DNA from: Polymyxa betae A26-41
Lineage: Eukaryota; Protista; Endomyxa: Phytomyxea
NCBI GenBank assembly: GCA_003693705.1
Contig: RBZT01000545.1
Location: 1 to 64,000 of the forward strand
Reading direction: 5' to 3'
Length of the DNA: 64,000 bases
A program made the position numbers and the translations under genes. The notes beneath the pieces are model-generated. The model searched no databases and had not been told where the DNA came from. It worked only from the letters and a program-made list of their open reading frames with translations. The number at the start of each line of letters is the position of its first letter. The first letter of the stretch is position 1. Below are positions 11,701 through 23,188 of this stretch, one piece after another.

Positions 11701-14613
11701 GTTCGACAGCTGTTGGACAGGCCATGTCCAGTTATGTTATAGATTAAACTGACTGGACCACAACAGCGACTATTGAAATATAGGGCACCACTGACAGAAT
11801 ATTTACTTGTCAATATGGTATCATGCCATCCCTTTCTTACAGATATTGCAACTGTGCTAAAGCCAGACTAACTTGGATATATGGACCATACAACGTTAGA
11901 GAGCGAGTATTATTCCCACGCAAGACCAGCTGTTTCAGTGTTTGTAGGTAAAGAAATTGAAGATTTTGAAAAATACCCCGACACGTACCTGATTGGGAAT
12001 CGATGGCAAAAGAAGCACGCCGGACGATGCTGATGCTGTGAAATTCATAATCGGGTTTATCATTGACGAATCGGATATTTCCACAGAGCCAATATTAGTG
12101 ATTTGGTTTTCGTTGGCAAATAGACTTTCAGGGCAATACAGATTCGGTGCAGTTTTTGTTTGCGTGACAATGATACTAACTGACTTTGGTCCAGCAGAGT
12201 ACATCGTATCGTTCAGCCAGAGCTCCAAAGTCGCGTTGCCAACAAAGTATGCATCAGGTAAAAACGTCATGCTATACAAAGCGTTGTTTATGGACGCCTG
12301 TAAAAGGGCAGTTAGATGTAAGACATGTTTGTGGAAATATTCGCACAGAGTTTCCAAAGACAAGGATGTCCTTATCGTTGAAGCCAGAGCCAGCGAAAAA
12401 GTACAGTCCTTCTTTAGATGATAAAGACACAGATCCGTTGACAGCCTGTCCAATATTTGAGTGAACCCGGTCAATAATGAGGTTTAAGAGCTTCAACAAA
12501 CCTTACAAGTTAGATACAAATCATCGTCTTCATAATCTGATACCGAAACAGACGTGATAACTGTGGCGTTGACCGTGTATGCCTGTATATTTTTCGGAAC
12601 AGCGATCGATGGAGGAGTATTCTTTCGCGATAGATACACCGGAATTGTCAAGCGATTTTGAGCAGCATGTTTGTCGCTTGCGAGAACAGAAACTGAGCAA
12701 TCCATGCCAAAGACCAATGGATAAGGAACAAAATTGACCGGAGACAACACAGCAGAAATGATTTCTTGAGGACCCGTTAAAGTAGAGCCTGTTATATTTA
12801 AACCGTCGACAGAACGGAACGAGAATGTTCCATATGAAGAATCTAGAGTAACCGTGACGTTATTGTCGTCGACGTCTACCACAGTTAAATTGAAATTTAC
12901 GTCCGACCCCCCCACTAAAGGAGGCGTTGGCGAAATATGAATCCGAGGAGCATCGTTTATAGCATGTATAGTGATAGGAATGGATCTGTTGGTCCACAAT
13001 CCTACATCGGCTTGAAGAGATATGGTAAGCATATCATTACCATTTATATCTTCGTCCGGCTTGTAAATCAACGGATTCAATGCCGAATTCGCATCTGTCG
13101 AAGTTGCGAAAAACTGTATCAAGTTTGTCTGGCCAATAACAGAATTCAAGCCCGATAACGAAGCTAGTGAAAAGGATCCCGTCGTTACAGACAGAGAAAC
13201 GAAATACTGGCGACCAAGATCTGAATGGGTGTCGTTGATGGAGATTGGGACGGCAACTGCTGAATCCTCATAGACTGAGATAGAATCCGATATAATCAGC
13301 TTCGGTAGCGCATCATGGCGAGTTATATACACAACAAATGAAGCAGAGTATGAAGCCTGGTGCACATCGATTGCTTCAATCGTGACGGTGTCAAAACCAT
13401 GAGCTGTTGTGATCCAATTTGTTGGCGGGTGATAATACACTGAGCCCATAACAGAGCTTGCAACAGAATAGGGACCGTAAACAGTTAAAGAATGAGATGC
13501 ATATGATGCATTCGTCTGTGGCAGGAACGAATAGTAAAATCTTCCATAATTAGCGATAAACTTTAACGTGACGTTATCCGAGTCAGCAGCATCGATATCA
13601 AAGAAATTGATATGATTACCCAGCCCAAGCGCACCATTCTCCAAGACAGAAAACGAATCATGTGTTGAATTGAGACTAGAAAAGCTCAGTGAGAATATAG
13701 AATACTTATTTCCAAATTACCTAGGTGCTTGATTGTGAGGCTGGACAGTCACGTTGAATACTTTCTCTGAAACATGGAAACCTCCAATACCACCATTGAA
13801 ATGATCATCCAAGGTCAAGTTTAGGGTTGCTGTTCCGAACCAGTTCGGTGCAGGCAAGAAACGAACCTCTTCAAAAGTAGCTAATACGCATGGGAGATCA
13901 CAAAAAAATATAATACTGTTCTTTGTCAAAGTGGTTACAGCGGCTCCATGAGAAACGGCAACTAAGGGATCAAGTGACAGCGAAGACAGCGTGTTCAATA
14001 CAGAAAGAGTCAAAGTCATTATGCCTTCATCAGATTCCGAAAAGAAGTCTTCATCAGTTATGCTAAAGCTTGGCTGCAATAGGACGGGAGAGTTTTCGGT
14101 GGTCACAAGCGGTTTGATTTGGTCGATTATAGGAGGAATATTGGACGAATGAGTGAGCGTGACATCCGACGTTGCAGATACTGAATCCTTTCTCGATCCT
14201 GAAGCATCAGTCCAGTTGGCAATAATAACAACCTGAAATAGAGCTGAGCGCCGGGCAGGGATTAAAAAATGTCCGACGAAGATGACGTCTCGTGTCTCAG
14301 ACAGATAACTGAGCTGGGCTGTACCACCATTCGAGGAGAGCAAATTATTCGAATCTATTGCTAACCAAGATTGCGTGGAATTAGCAAAAGAGATGTTCAG
14401 GTGGTAAACGGGCCTGCAGCAGTTTGTGTTCAATGAATAATGCCAAACAAAGCAACCATAACCATACATGTCAGGGATGACGCGACAGTTGATAGTGATG
14501 TTGTAGCCATACTGCAACTGGTTTGTAGTCAATGACGATGTGATAGCTAAGCTCAGGTCAGCTGATGAGTACTGCAGAATGCTGATGACAATAATGAGTA
14601 GACGAAATAACAT
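8780..14613 (-). CDS. Giant secreted protein with ~11-12 tandem cadherin-like/Ig-like (Big_9/tandem-95-type) repeats; many exons, 3' end uncertain
   Basis: Signal peptide MLFRLLIIVISILQYSSA. Repeats of ~120 aa with NDAP/NQAP/NTPP/NHPP linkers, xED starts, DxD motifs and YxPxxNWxG (FLPAPNWFG, YKPDEDING, YTPAPNWNSG, YQPLANFNG). Confidence 0.8.
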
Positions 14614-15005
14614 TGAGAGATAATCATCAATGATAAGCATGTAACATCAATGAAGAGCGCAGCTGCAACTTTGGCTGCAGTAGAGGATCATCAGAACGAT
14701 ATCATGGCTTCTTACTGCAGTGGATGGAAACAGATACAGCAGCCAGACGCTGTCGGTTCAGTTCAGGCTCTACATGAAATCCAGGGAGGAGCTCTGAGGT
14801 GTAGTGCATGTGTTACAGCCGAAATTCAGCAAGAAATTGAGGCAAACAAATTAATTAGAATTGAACTATGAACTGGAGACTGCATCTTAGGCCTATGAGC
14901 GCGAAATCGGGAAGTTTCTTGGAAAGATCTCCAGACACAACACGGCGGAAGTGGAATCTTTTATCTGAGTCGTTGTATAAGCAGTTGGATTGTGCGTATT
15001 GCTGA

Positions 15006-15700
15006 TTATTTCTGGTTGAGAAGCAGAAGAAGAAAGTTGATTGAATCAGGAGTGAACTCGTCCACACGGTGAATTACTTCTTCTATTTCCATCCAGGAAA
15101 CGCTGGCGACCTCTTCAACTTCAAGTTTTAACTCAGAAATATCTCTATCGTCCATTAATATTGTATAAGCCGCGAATAAGTTGAACAAACCTATCTAACT
15201 GGACATTATAAATATCACCAAACACTCGAGTGTGTTCATCTTCATATAAAGCTGTGATCCCAGATCGAATCAACACGCTCGATGGAAGTCCGATCTCCTC
15301 TGCCAGCTCCCTTTCTGCATTCTAATCGAATTATTCTTCATTGCAAAGTATAAATCTTATATACCTCCTCAAAGGATTCGCCGAACATAACCACGCCGCC
15401 AAAACAAGCATCTAACCTATCAAGGAATCAATTTATCATGATCACGCTCTACTGAACGAAATACATGTTCGGACAATAGTCTTTGTAGGGAGTTCTTCGT
15501 TGTACCAGAAGCTGACTTCGGCTGAATTCTCCATTAAGCATAGCCAATTAGTGACGTGAAACTAACCTGCTGTCGAACACAAATATATAAGTCGCCCGGT
15601 GAAGGACATTGCTCGAGCGAAGCACGGCTCGAGGAACGCTGCCAATGCAATTGTTGTCTTTGTCAACTTCAGCGCAGATTTCGGTGGCATCGATAGGCAT
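15006..15700 (-). CDS. Nudix hydrolase (YfcD/IDI-like), multi-exon
   Basis: VDKDNNCIGSVPR...LHRATYIFVFD, LLVQRRTPTKDYCP, Nudix box GGVVMFGESFEE|NAERELAEEIG, then EEVASVSW and FTPDS. Confidence 0.85.
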
Positions 15701-16057
15701 GGTCTTAACCGCACTGTCGAAACCAATGAATAGAAATGGTGAGTAACAAGCAACAATAAAGGCTTTCTGGTTGGTGTCACAAATAAAACAATAGGTATGT
15801 TGTTCACACAACCACGATGTGGACCTACCACGCTCCCACTTGGATTCTGTTGTGTAAATTCAGGACAAGCATGCATACTAATTTCAAAGGCGGAATGTAT
15901 AGAATGCAATAAAGATTGGATGCAATTTCAGACCAGGCGTCGCCATTGAAATCCCTGTTTAAACAGTAAACATGCAACAAGAGACAGAAAGCAAACTGTA
16001 GTAGTAAATACCTAATGTCGGAGTTTTTCGATTTCGATTTCCTGCTACAGTCTTCTA

Positions 16058-16785
16058 ATGAAGATCTTATATTCATGCCTGTTCCTCTGGAAAGGGGACT
16101 CGGCACCTCCCATTAAGCTGGTTGCATGCGAAGATCTGTCGTCATTCACCTTGTTCCAGCGAAGCACCATTCGCGAGCATCTCGTCTTTGCATCGCGTAC
16201 CACCTGTCAGAGAACCGAACAAGGCAGGCGTCAGTCGGTCTCGTTGAAAGAAATTCCTTTCGTCTGTCATGTATGTTTGTCAGCAAGGCTCTACAAAGTT
16301 CTTTGTTTATAATCTATTTAACCTACACTCGCTTTGTCGGCCGTTCCATTTATTCGTCTTTTTTTTCAGTAAATTTAACTTGGATTTAGGTGCATGTACG
16401 TCAAGACGGATTAGCAGGAGTTATTATCGCTGATAATGAATACCCACTACGTGCTGCTTTCTCGGTTCTAGGAAAGTTCATGCGTGCTATGGAGACCGAA
16501 CATGCCAATGAATGGCAAAAAGTCAATGAAGATACCAACCTCCCTGTTTCGAATATGGACGCTGATTTGAAAAGATACCAAAATCCGGCTGAAGCCGATC
16601 AGCTGATGCAAGTGCAACGCAATCTCGACGAAGTCAAAGATGTTATGCAGAAGAACATTGAAGAGATTCTTAAGCGCGGCGAAACGATCGATAGTCTGAT
16701 GGCGAAGTCGGAAGATTTGTCGGGCATGTCTGTGTCTTTTTACAAGACTGCCAAAAGAAACAATCAGTGCTGTAAATATTATTAG
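16058..16785 (+). CDS. YKT6: Longin R-SNARE Ykt6; 2 exons
   Basis: DLSSFTLFQR, DNEYPLRAAF, YQNPAEAD, RGETIDSLMAKSEDLS, FYKTAK and C-terminal CCxxx; intron 16271-16389. Confidence 0.95.
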
Positions 16786-17283
16786 ATTTTCTATAATTAA
16801 GCTTCTTTGTTGTTCCGTAGAACCTGTTCATACCTTCCCGCTTTCTTGGAATGAACTGATCGTATTTAGACATGTTTCATTTTCACAAGCTTAAACAAGC
16901 CTTCGTTGATTTCTCACCCTCAGTTGTGATAAGCTCTAAATCACCGAAACTCGACCTAGCGGTTGAAAGTTTGCCAGTTCTCTGCCAGATTACGCTCAGC
17001 ATCGATTCACTTCAACGTTCCCTGATCGCCGATTTGATATCAGGTTTTTTCCTTGCGCTATATTCGCTCACCAATCTCTTGAGATAGTTTGTTATTTTAT
17101 AATCAAGCGAAGGCCAATGTTTCAAGTAATGAATAGTTGATGGACAATCATGCACTAACGTCAGAGCTCACTATGAGAACCGCAGCGGCTGTAGCAGGGT
17201 TAGGGTTTAGGGCTTTACACCAATCTTGCGACTGTTTGCTAATAATGCGTAGTTAGTCGCTTTGCTGCTACTCTAGCATCGTT

Positions 17284-18770
17284 ATGGCGAATGTAATGGA
17301 GTTCGAAGTCCCAGCTCCGCCTTCCGATGGCATATCCTCATTACAGTTCGCCAATTCGGCTGACAATCTTTTGGCCTCATCTTGGGATCATGTCCGGGTG
17401 TTCCCTGTGGTCGACTATCCTTTAATGACGTCATTTTAGACCGCTCGCGTGTACGATGTCGCCGGCCAGCGTTGCTTATCGGTTGTGGACCCATGCGGAA
17501 GCCCATTGCTGACGAGCCAGTGGGCTGGACAATTTCAATGTTTGTCTGGTGCCATCAATGGTACCATTACACTCACTGATTTAAATACATCCCAGACATT
17601 ACAGGCCCTACAGCCCCATAAAGCAGGTGTCTCAAAGGTCCTATAGAAACTTGGTTGTTTTCTCTCTGCATTAGTTTCATTTCTTTTTCGATAATGTTTG
17701 AGTTATAAATGGTTTAAAAAAATCGCATCGTGCTATGAATTCTTTCGTAAACCTCTGCGCTTTCGCTCGCTGTGATTCCAAGTAAACTGTTGGTTTAGAT
17801 CCTCTGCCCTGGGTATTGGTCGTCGCCATCGCTATGTGCAACGAGTTCTTGGGATATGTTTCTTCATTTGTATGATTTAAGATCTGGTGAACAGCCCACT
17901 GTTCAGCAGTTCTTACATTCGAAAATCTATGCCATGGCGGCCGTTCCGAATTCGCATTTGCTCCTGATCGGTACTGCCGACCGCCGTATTCACATTTACG
18001 ACACTCGTAATATGGCAACTCCCGAACAGGTTAGGTGAATTGCAACCGTCCAATCTTAAGTAACCAAGTTTTTTATTTAGGTTCGCGAATCGTCTTTACG
18101 CCATCAAACCCGAGATCTTGCTGCCATGGTTGATGGCGCTGGCTACTGCCTCTCATCAGTCGAAGGGCGAGTTGCTGTTGAGTACATAGATCCCAGCCCT
18201 CAAGTTCAACAAGGCAAATATGCATTTAAATGTCACCGAGGGACAACTCCCGATGGCAAACACGTCAGTGCTTTCAAGATCCTTGATAGTTTATCGTTTA
18301 ATTTTCCAAAGTGACTGTTTGTTTTACGTTTATTTTATGGGTTTTCTTCCAAGAAGTCCTGCGTGTATCTGCCTTTACTTTACTTCGTTTTGCCAAAGCT
18401 CTTATCGTTGCACCTTTGAGGGTTTTCTTTTTGTAAATGAAAAAATCAGTCGTTGATGGCAATACAGCTTGTGTATCCTGTCAATTGCATTGCTTTCCAT
18501 CCCGTGTATGGAACATTTGCTACTGGAGGTGATGATCAGATCGTCAACATTTGGGACGGCGTCGCTCGTAAACGAATTCGGCAATTGGCGCCGTATCCGA
18601 CCTCTATCAGTGCATTGGCATTCAGCTCGAAAGGAGATTACTTAGCAATTGCTTCGAGCTATACGTTTTCCGAAGGAGACAAGGAGCACCCGCATGACCA
18701 GATTTTCGTTCGATTTGTTGATCGATCTGATGTCATGCCCAAATCCTCTGCCAAACGCGATCGGCAGTAA
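17284..18770 (+). CDS. BUB3: Mitotic checkpoint WD40 protein Bub3, multi-exon
   Basis: [69 protein letters not shown]...YPTSI. Confidence 0.95.
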
Positions 18771-18916
18771 ATTGTTTAATCAAATATAGAAGTCAGCTAA
18801 TTGTTCAGAAAATATTTTCTTAATTTGACAGCATTGCCCAAGCAAAAGTAACAATCGGTTTCTCACGTGCCAAAATCGTACCATCCAGATAAACAACTAT
18901 TCTTTATTATCGGAGT

Positions 18917-21900
18917 CTAGGTATTGTTTTTTTTCGACCGATCTTCTAGCTGGATCAGATCTCCACCATCTAACGGGACGCTAATACCGACATGATAGGC
19001 GACATTGCCGATAAGCTCTAAGTGCGATCTCCTGGCTTTTGCCTTATTATTTTCACTGGCTAAAGCCCAGCCGATAAAATCCACATGATCGATTGAGATG
19101 TGATTTGAATCGGTATTCGTCGATTCAGTTGGAGAAGATGGATTCAATGTTACAGTCACGTATCGGCCCCGAACTGGCTTCGGCAAGATGATTTCCACAA
19201 ATCTATGTGGCCTTAAATCGGCTACGAAGACCGGTGACTTGGCTGGCGGGTCGGTTTCCGGTAGTTTTGGACACTGCTCGTCGAAATATCCAGATATGAC
19301 GCGAAGCTGTTGATAGCTTAATGGAGGCAGATCTGAGACGGGCTGCTCGGTGACGTAAACAGCGATTGACGCAACATCATTCTTATGGCGGCGGTGAATA
19401 TCCCCAACTGCAACAACTACATGCGTTAACGCGAACGACTCCTCCATCCCTAGTACACAATGAACATTCCCGGTATGTCCCGTGGCAGTTCTAGCAGGAG
19501 GCCCTCTTTCATCCAACATGTTCTGCATTGGATAAAGGAAACTACCCATCCCAAATTTTCCACCGGCACCATTGCAAGATATTAGTTTCATGGGTAATCG
19601 CTCTAGCCCGAATTCGGCTGCAAACAGGATCCTTTGAATTAATCTTGCATTTTCGGAACCCTTCGTAAACAGTAAATTACACGTAAACACGCTTAATGCG
19701 CCTTACATTTGCCAGAGATCTTGCTTCCATTGCCTTTAGAACTTCCCTTGTTTCCTGATCAGTTGCTTTTTGAGACCCAATTATCGACCAAGTCGCTGTC
19801 GATTTCCTCCGTCTTTCACCAGTTAATAAGGTTTCTTCTGAGTCAGCTTTAATAATTAGTTGTTTTCTTTGGTTGGGAGATAACATCAGCGGAGCAGGAT
19901 GGCTGCAGCTATTCAAACTGGAATCCAAACTGGATTTGGCGGTTTCAAACTCCTGATCAACAGTGATTTGAATGCTGGATACGCCGATCTCCTGCTAATT
20001 TTTTGAATTAGCAAGCCTTACAAAAAGGATTAACCCGAGTTGTTACCACAGCTGGGATATGAGTCCGAAGTGCAAGCAACGGTGGCAGGGTATTTATGTG
20101 AACTGATAGCACGTTTTCAGAAAGTGATTGTCGTATTGCAGATTTTCTCCATTTGTCAGACTGTTGCCTACAATCAAGTTACAAAAGCAGCATGATCTGA
20201 GCGACTTTCATTACTTATTTTCATCAGACGCCAATTTCGTCTTTTGAGAAGCTGCAGATGGCATAGTGGTAAGATGCGTCTCTACTATTTCATCAACCAT
20301 CGATGTCAGAGCCATGCATAAATCTAAAGCATCAACGCCCAGTTCGGAATCCTGTCGACCTTATAACATGGAATAGCCATTTTGAATTACAAACCTGATG
20401 GGCCTGCAGATAGTAAGCCAAAATGGGTTCGATGTCGTTTCCTGCCAAATGCTTCAAATATCTTAATCTCCATGTAAACGGCAAGTCAGCTTGCACAGCA
20501 AAGGTTGTTAACAACTGAAGGGCACGGATCTGGGCCACATTAGAAAACGATTAAAATGACTTCCAAACCATATCAGACCGTCATAGCTTCTGCAATTAGT
20601 GCCGATTTAGGATTGTCTTGGTCAATTAGTCTCACTAAATTAGTGACAGCTGCGAGATTGTCAGTTGATAGAGCATCAACTCTTGGGCCTGGATCTAGCC
20701 GACATATCTATTAGCAGAATGAGTTTATACTCAGAACGTATCTTGTTTGATTATACAAGTTCAGTGATGCTTAGATTGATGTTAGGTGTGACAATTTCGA
20801 GATCGGTCATAGCCGATAGGTAGCTTCCGAACGGAACCAACATTTTGATGAACAACAACCCGAAACTGGACATAGCATTAAGCATACATGGCCCATATTG
20901 TAATGCCTAGCTATACCGAGTCGCACCAGAATCTAAAATTGCCCAAAGCCGATGTATCAGCTGCCGGTACATGGATACTGACTCGCTTTTGAATCGAACA
21001 GGAGCGTCGAAAAGAGCACGAAGGCAATCTGTTTGTAGAATTCTACAAAGCGCCGATGGGGATCCCTGGCTATCGACGCTGTTGGCATCGATATCAGGTC
21101 GAGGAACCCGACTCAGTTCCTAAAAATAACATTTACTCAAGAGAATTGCGAAGAGAAAATCTGATACCATTGGATCCGAGAACTGTATAATTCTCAGGAA
21201 GATTTGAAAGCCAACAGTGACGAGATTGATTTCTGGCTGTTTAAGCAAATCAATGACGAAATCACTGCAATATATTCGAGCTGTAACTCGCATTGAGCCA
21301 AATTTTGCACCATCCTTTCCGGGGCCATTTTCAAACTGTCAGGATCTTAGCAATCTGCGATTCAGCCGCTAAAAGTATTACATATGTTTTGCCTGGCCCA
21401 GAAGGCGAGGGTAAAGGTGTAGCTCCTCTGGAATCAGCCGAAAGCGCAGGCAGACTAGATAACCATTTCAAGCAAATGAAACAATTCGGCGAACACATCG
21501 AGCTCTCGCTCTCAGCGTCACTCTGAGGAACTATATCACTTTGCTGTAGCTCCCTCGATTCCGAGAACTCGTTAATGCCGAAGTCCATTTCGAAAATATC
21601 CCTCATTTTCATGACTGTAAAGCTGAGAAGCTCATCTATGTTAGAGTCCCAAAACTCAATTCTTAATCTCGCATAAAAAATGTCATGAAGTTCGAGGTCA
21701 TAGGAGAACAAACTCGGGGCTGGGCCCAGAAAAAAGTTCAAAGATCGACGCTTTCCTCCTCCCGTTGCTTCGCTTGGGCCCCTTTCGCTATTGAAAAATC
21801 TCAGCAGGACCAAAGCCACTCAGGTGCATGTTCCTTACACTTCATCATCAGCGCCAGAAGACGCGGAAGACGGTGTGGAAAATATCATATTGGTTTCTTG

Positions 21901-22306
21901 GGCAGGGCGAGGGTCAGGAACTCTGAACACTGGACACAAAGTTCCTTCTTCCACCTGTTACTTCATATTCAGTTCATGCCACTGAGACATAATACCATGT
22001 ACTTCAGATGTCTTTATGACGTCATCGTTTACGTTGGAATAAACTGGACTCCCATCTTTCATGATGTAGAGCCCATCGTCTCCAACCGATCGTAACGACA
22101 CTGAAGACGGTTGCAATCTAATGATGGCCAGTTTAGTTCAAACTTAAGCAGCTATCAGAGTCTAACATTATCGGCTGTCTTCTTCGCTGTAAAATTGCTT
22201 TACAGATGATATTTCTGGTTTTCGGTCGTCTTCTGAAAAGTGTAGTTGCATGAGCAGGAAGATTTTGGGCTGCTATTTCTCGAATATGCAGCTGAGCATA
22301 TGGCAT
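18917..22306 (-). CDS. Large hypothetical protein: split N-terminal C2-like domain, helical middle, C-terminal beta-sandwich; start uncertain
   Basis: C2-like strands lie on successive exons: QLHIREIAAQNLP, KTSE|VEEGTLCPVF, RLRIEFWDS..DELLSFTVMKMRDI. C-terminus has LPKPVRGRYVTVTL...ISIDHVDFIG. Confidence 0.5.
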
Positions 22307-23188
22307 CTTTAATACAATGTCTCACAGCAATACAAGCATGATTATCAAATCTAGAAATTTGAGGATCATAGCATGAGCATCGTCCTCCTCTTCGCGCCGT
22401 TGAATGTAGCTTGATTGGTCGTAAGATGATCGCCGGAAGCGTACTCAAGTCTTCAAAAATCTCGGCTCCCAGATTCTCGGTCAGTCGAGGAAATCTATGA
22501 GGGCTATCTGCATACAGCAGAGCTGCAGCTATCCAGCTAGGATATAAGACTTCATCCTGTGAGTATTAAGGTGTTTATAGCAAATGGAAAACACGGTCAG
22601 TTGGTGGGTTCGGCAACCCTATTCACAACACTGATACTACACATGTCTACGTTACCACCTCATGTCCATTGGTTATGATCACACCAGTATTACACTAATA
22701 TATCAAATCGTTCTTAATAGAGGCGAATTGCAACAGTACAGATGATTCTGTCGTATGTCTGTTTACATCGGCTGTCATTCCATAGTTTGCAGAGAGATTT
22801 CAATCAATCGAAACCCAAAGTGACTTTAAGACGATAGCCAATCGTAAACTCTTTAAGAATTGAATAAAGTTCATAGTTACTACATAACGTCGTTCAGCAT
22901 TATAGATAGGGGGTTGCATACATCATGTTCCAACAATGTTATTATTTACTAGTTATTTCAACAATTCAACGCTCGCTTTTCACTTTGCGTTTGAAACTAT
23001 TTGAATCGCAGACCAAGCCAGGATGTTGGTTTGTATGACACTTGGTCTAGATCCATGCGTTATCCTTAATATTTGTGTTTGGACGGAAGTCCGTGTTAGG
23101 AGCATGATTCCTTGAAATCGTTGCATTTTATTGATATATTGTATATACGATCACTGGTTCCCTATCATAATCGTATAGACTTTAAGTC

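Noticed and set aside
11993-12421. Antisense ORFs in the track (this one, 34024-34392, 50964-51347 and similar)
   Set aside because: They are shadow frames opposite well-supported genes and have no motifs of their own.
14650-14871. Small 73-aa ORF between the adhesin and Nudix genes
   Set aside because: No recognisable motif and too little evidence to call a gene.
17638-17799. Introner elements or non-canonical splice sites in the long introns
   Set aside because: The junctions I checked resolve as GT-AG, and the long introns share no evident sequence or terminal repeats.
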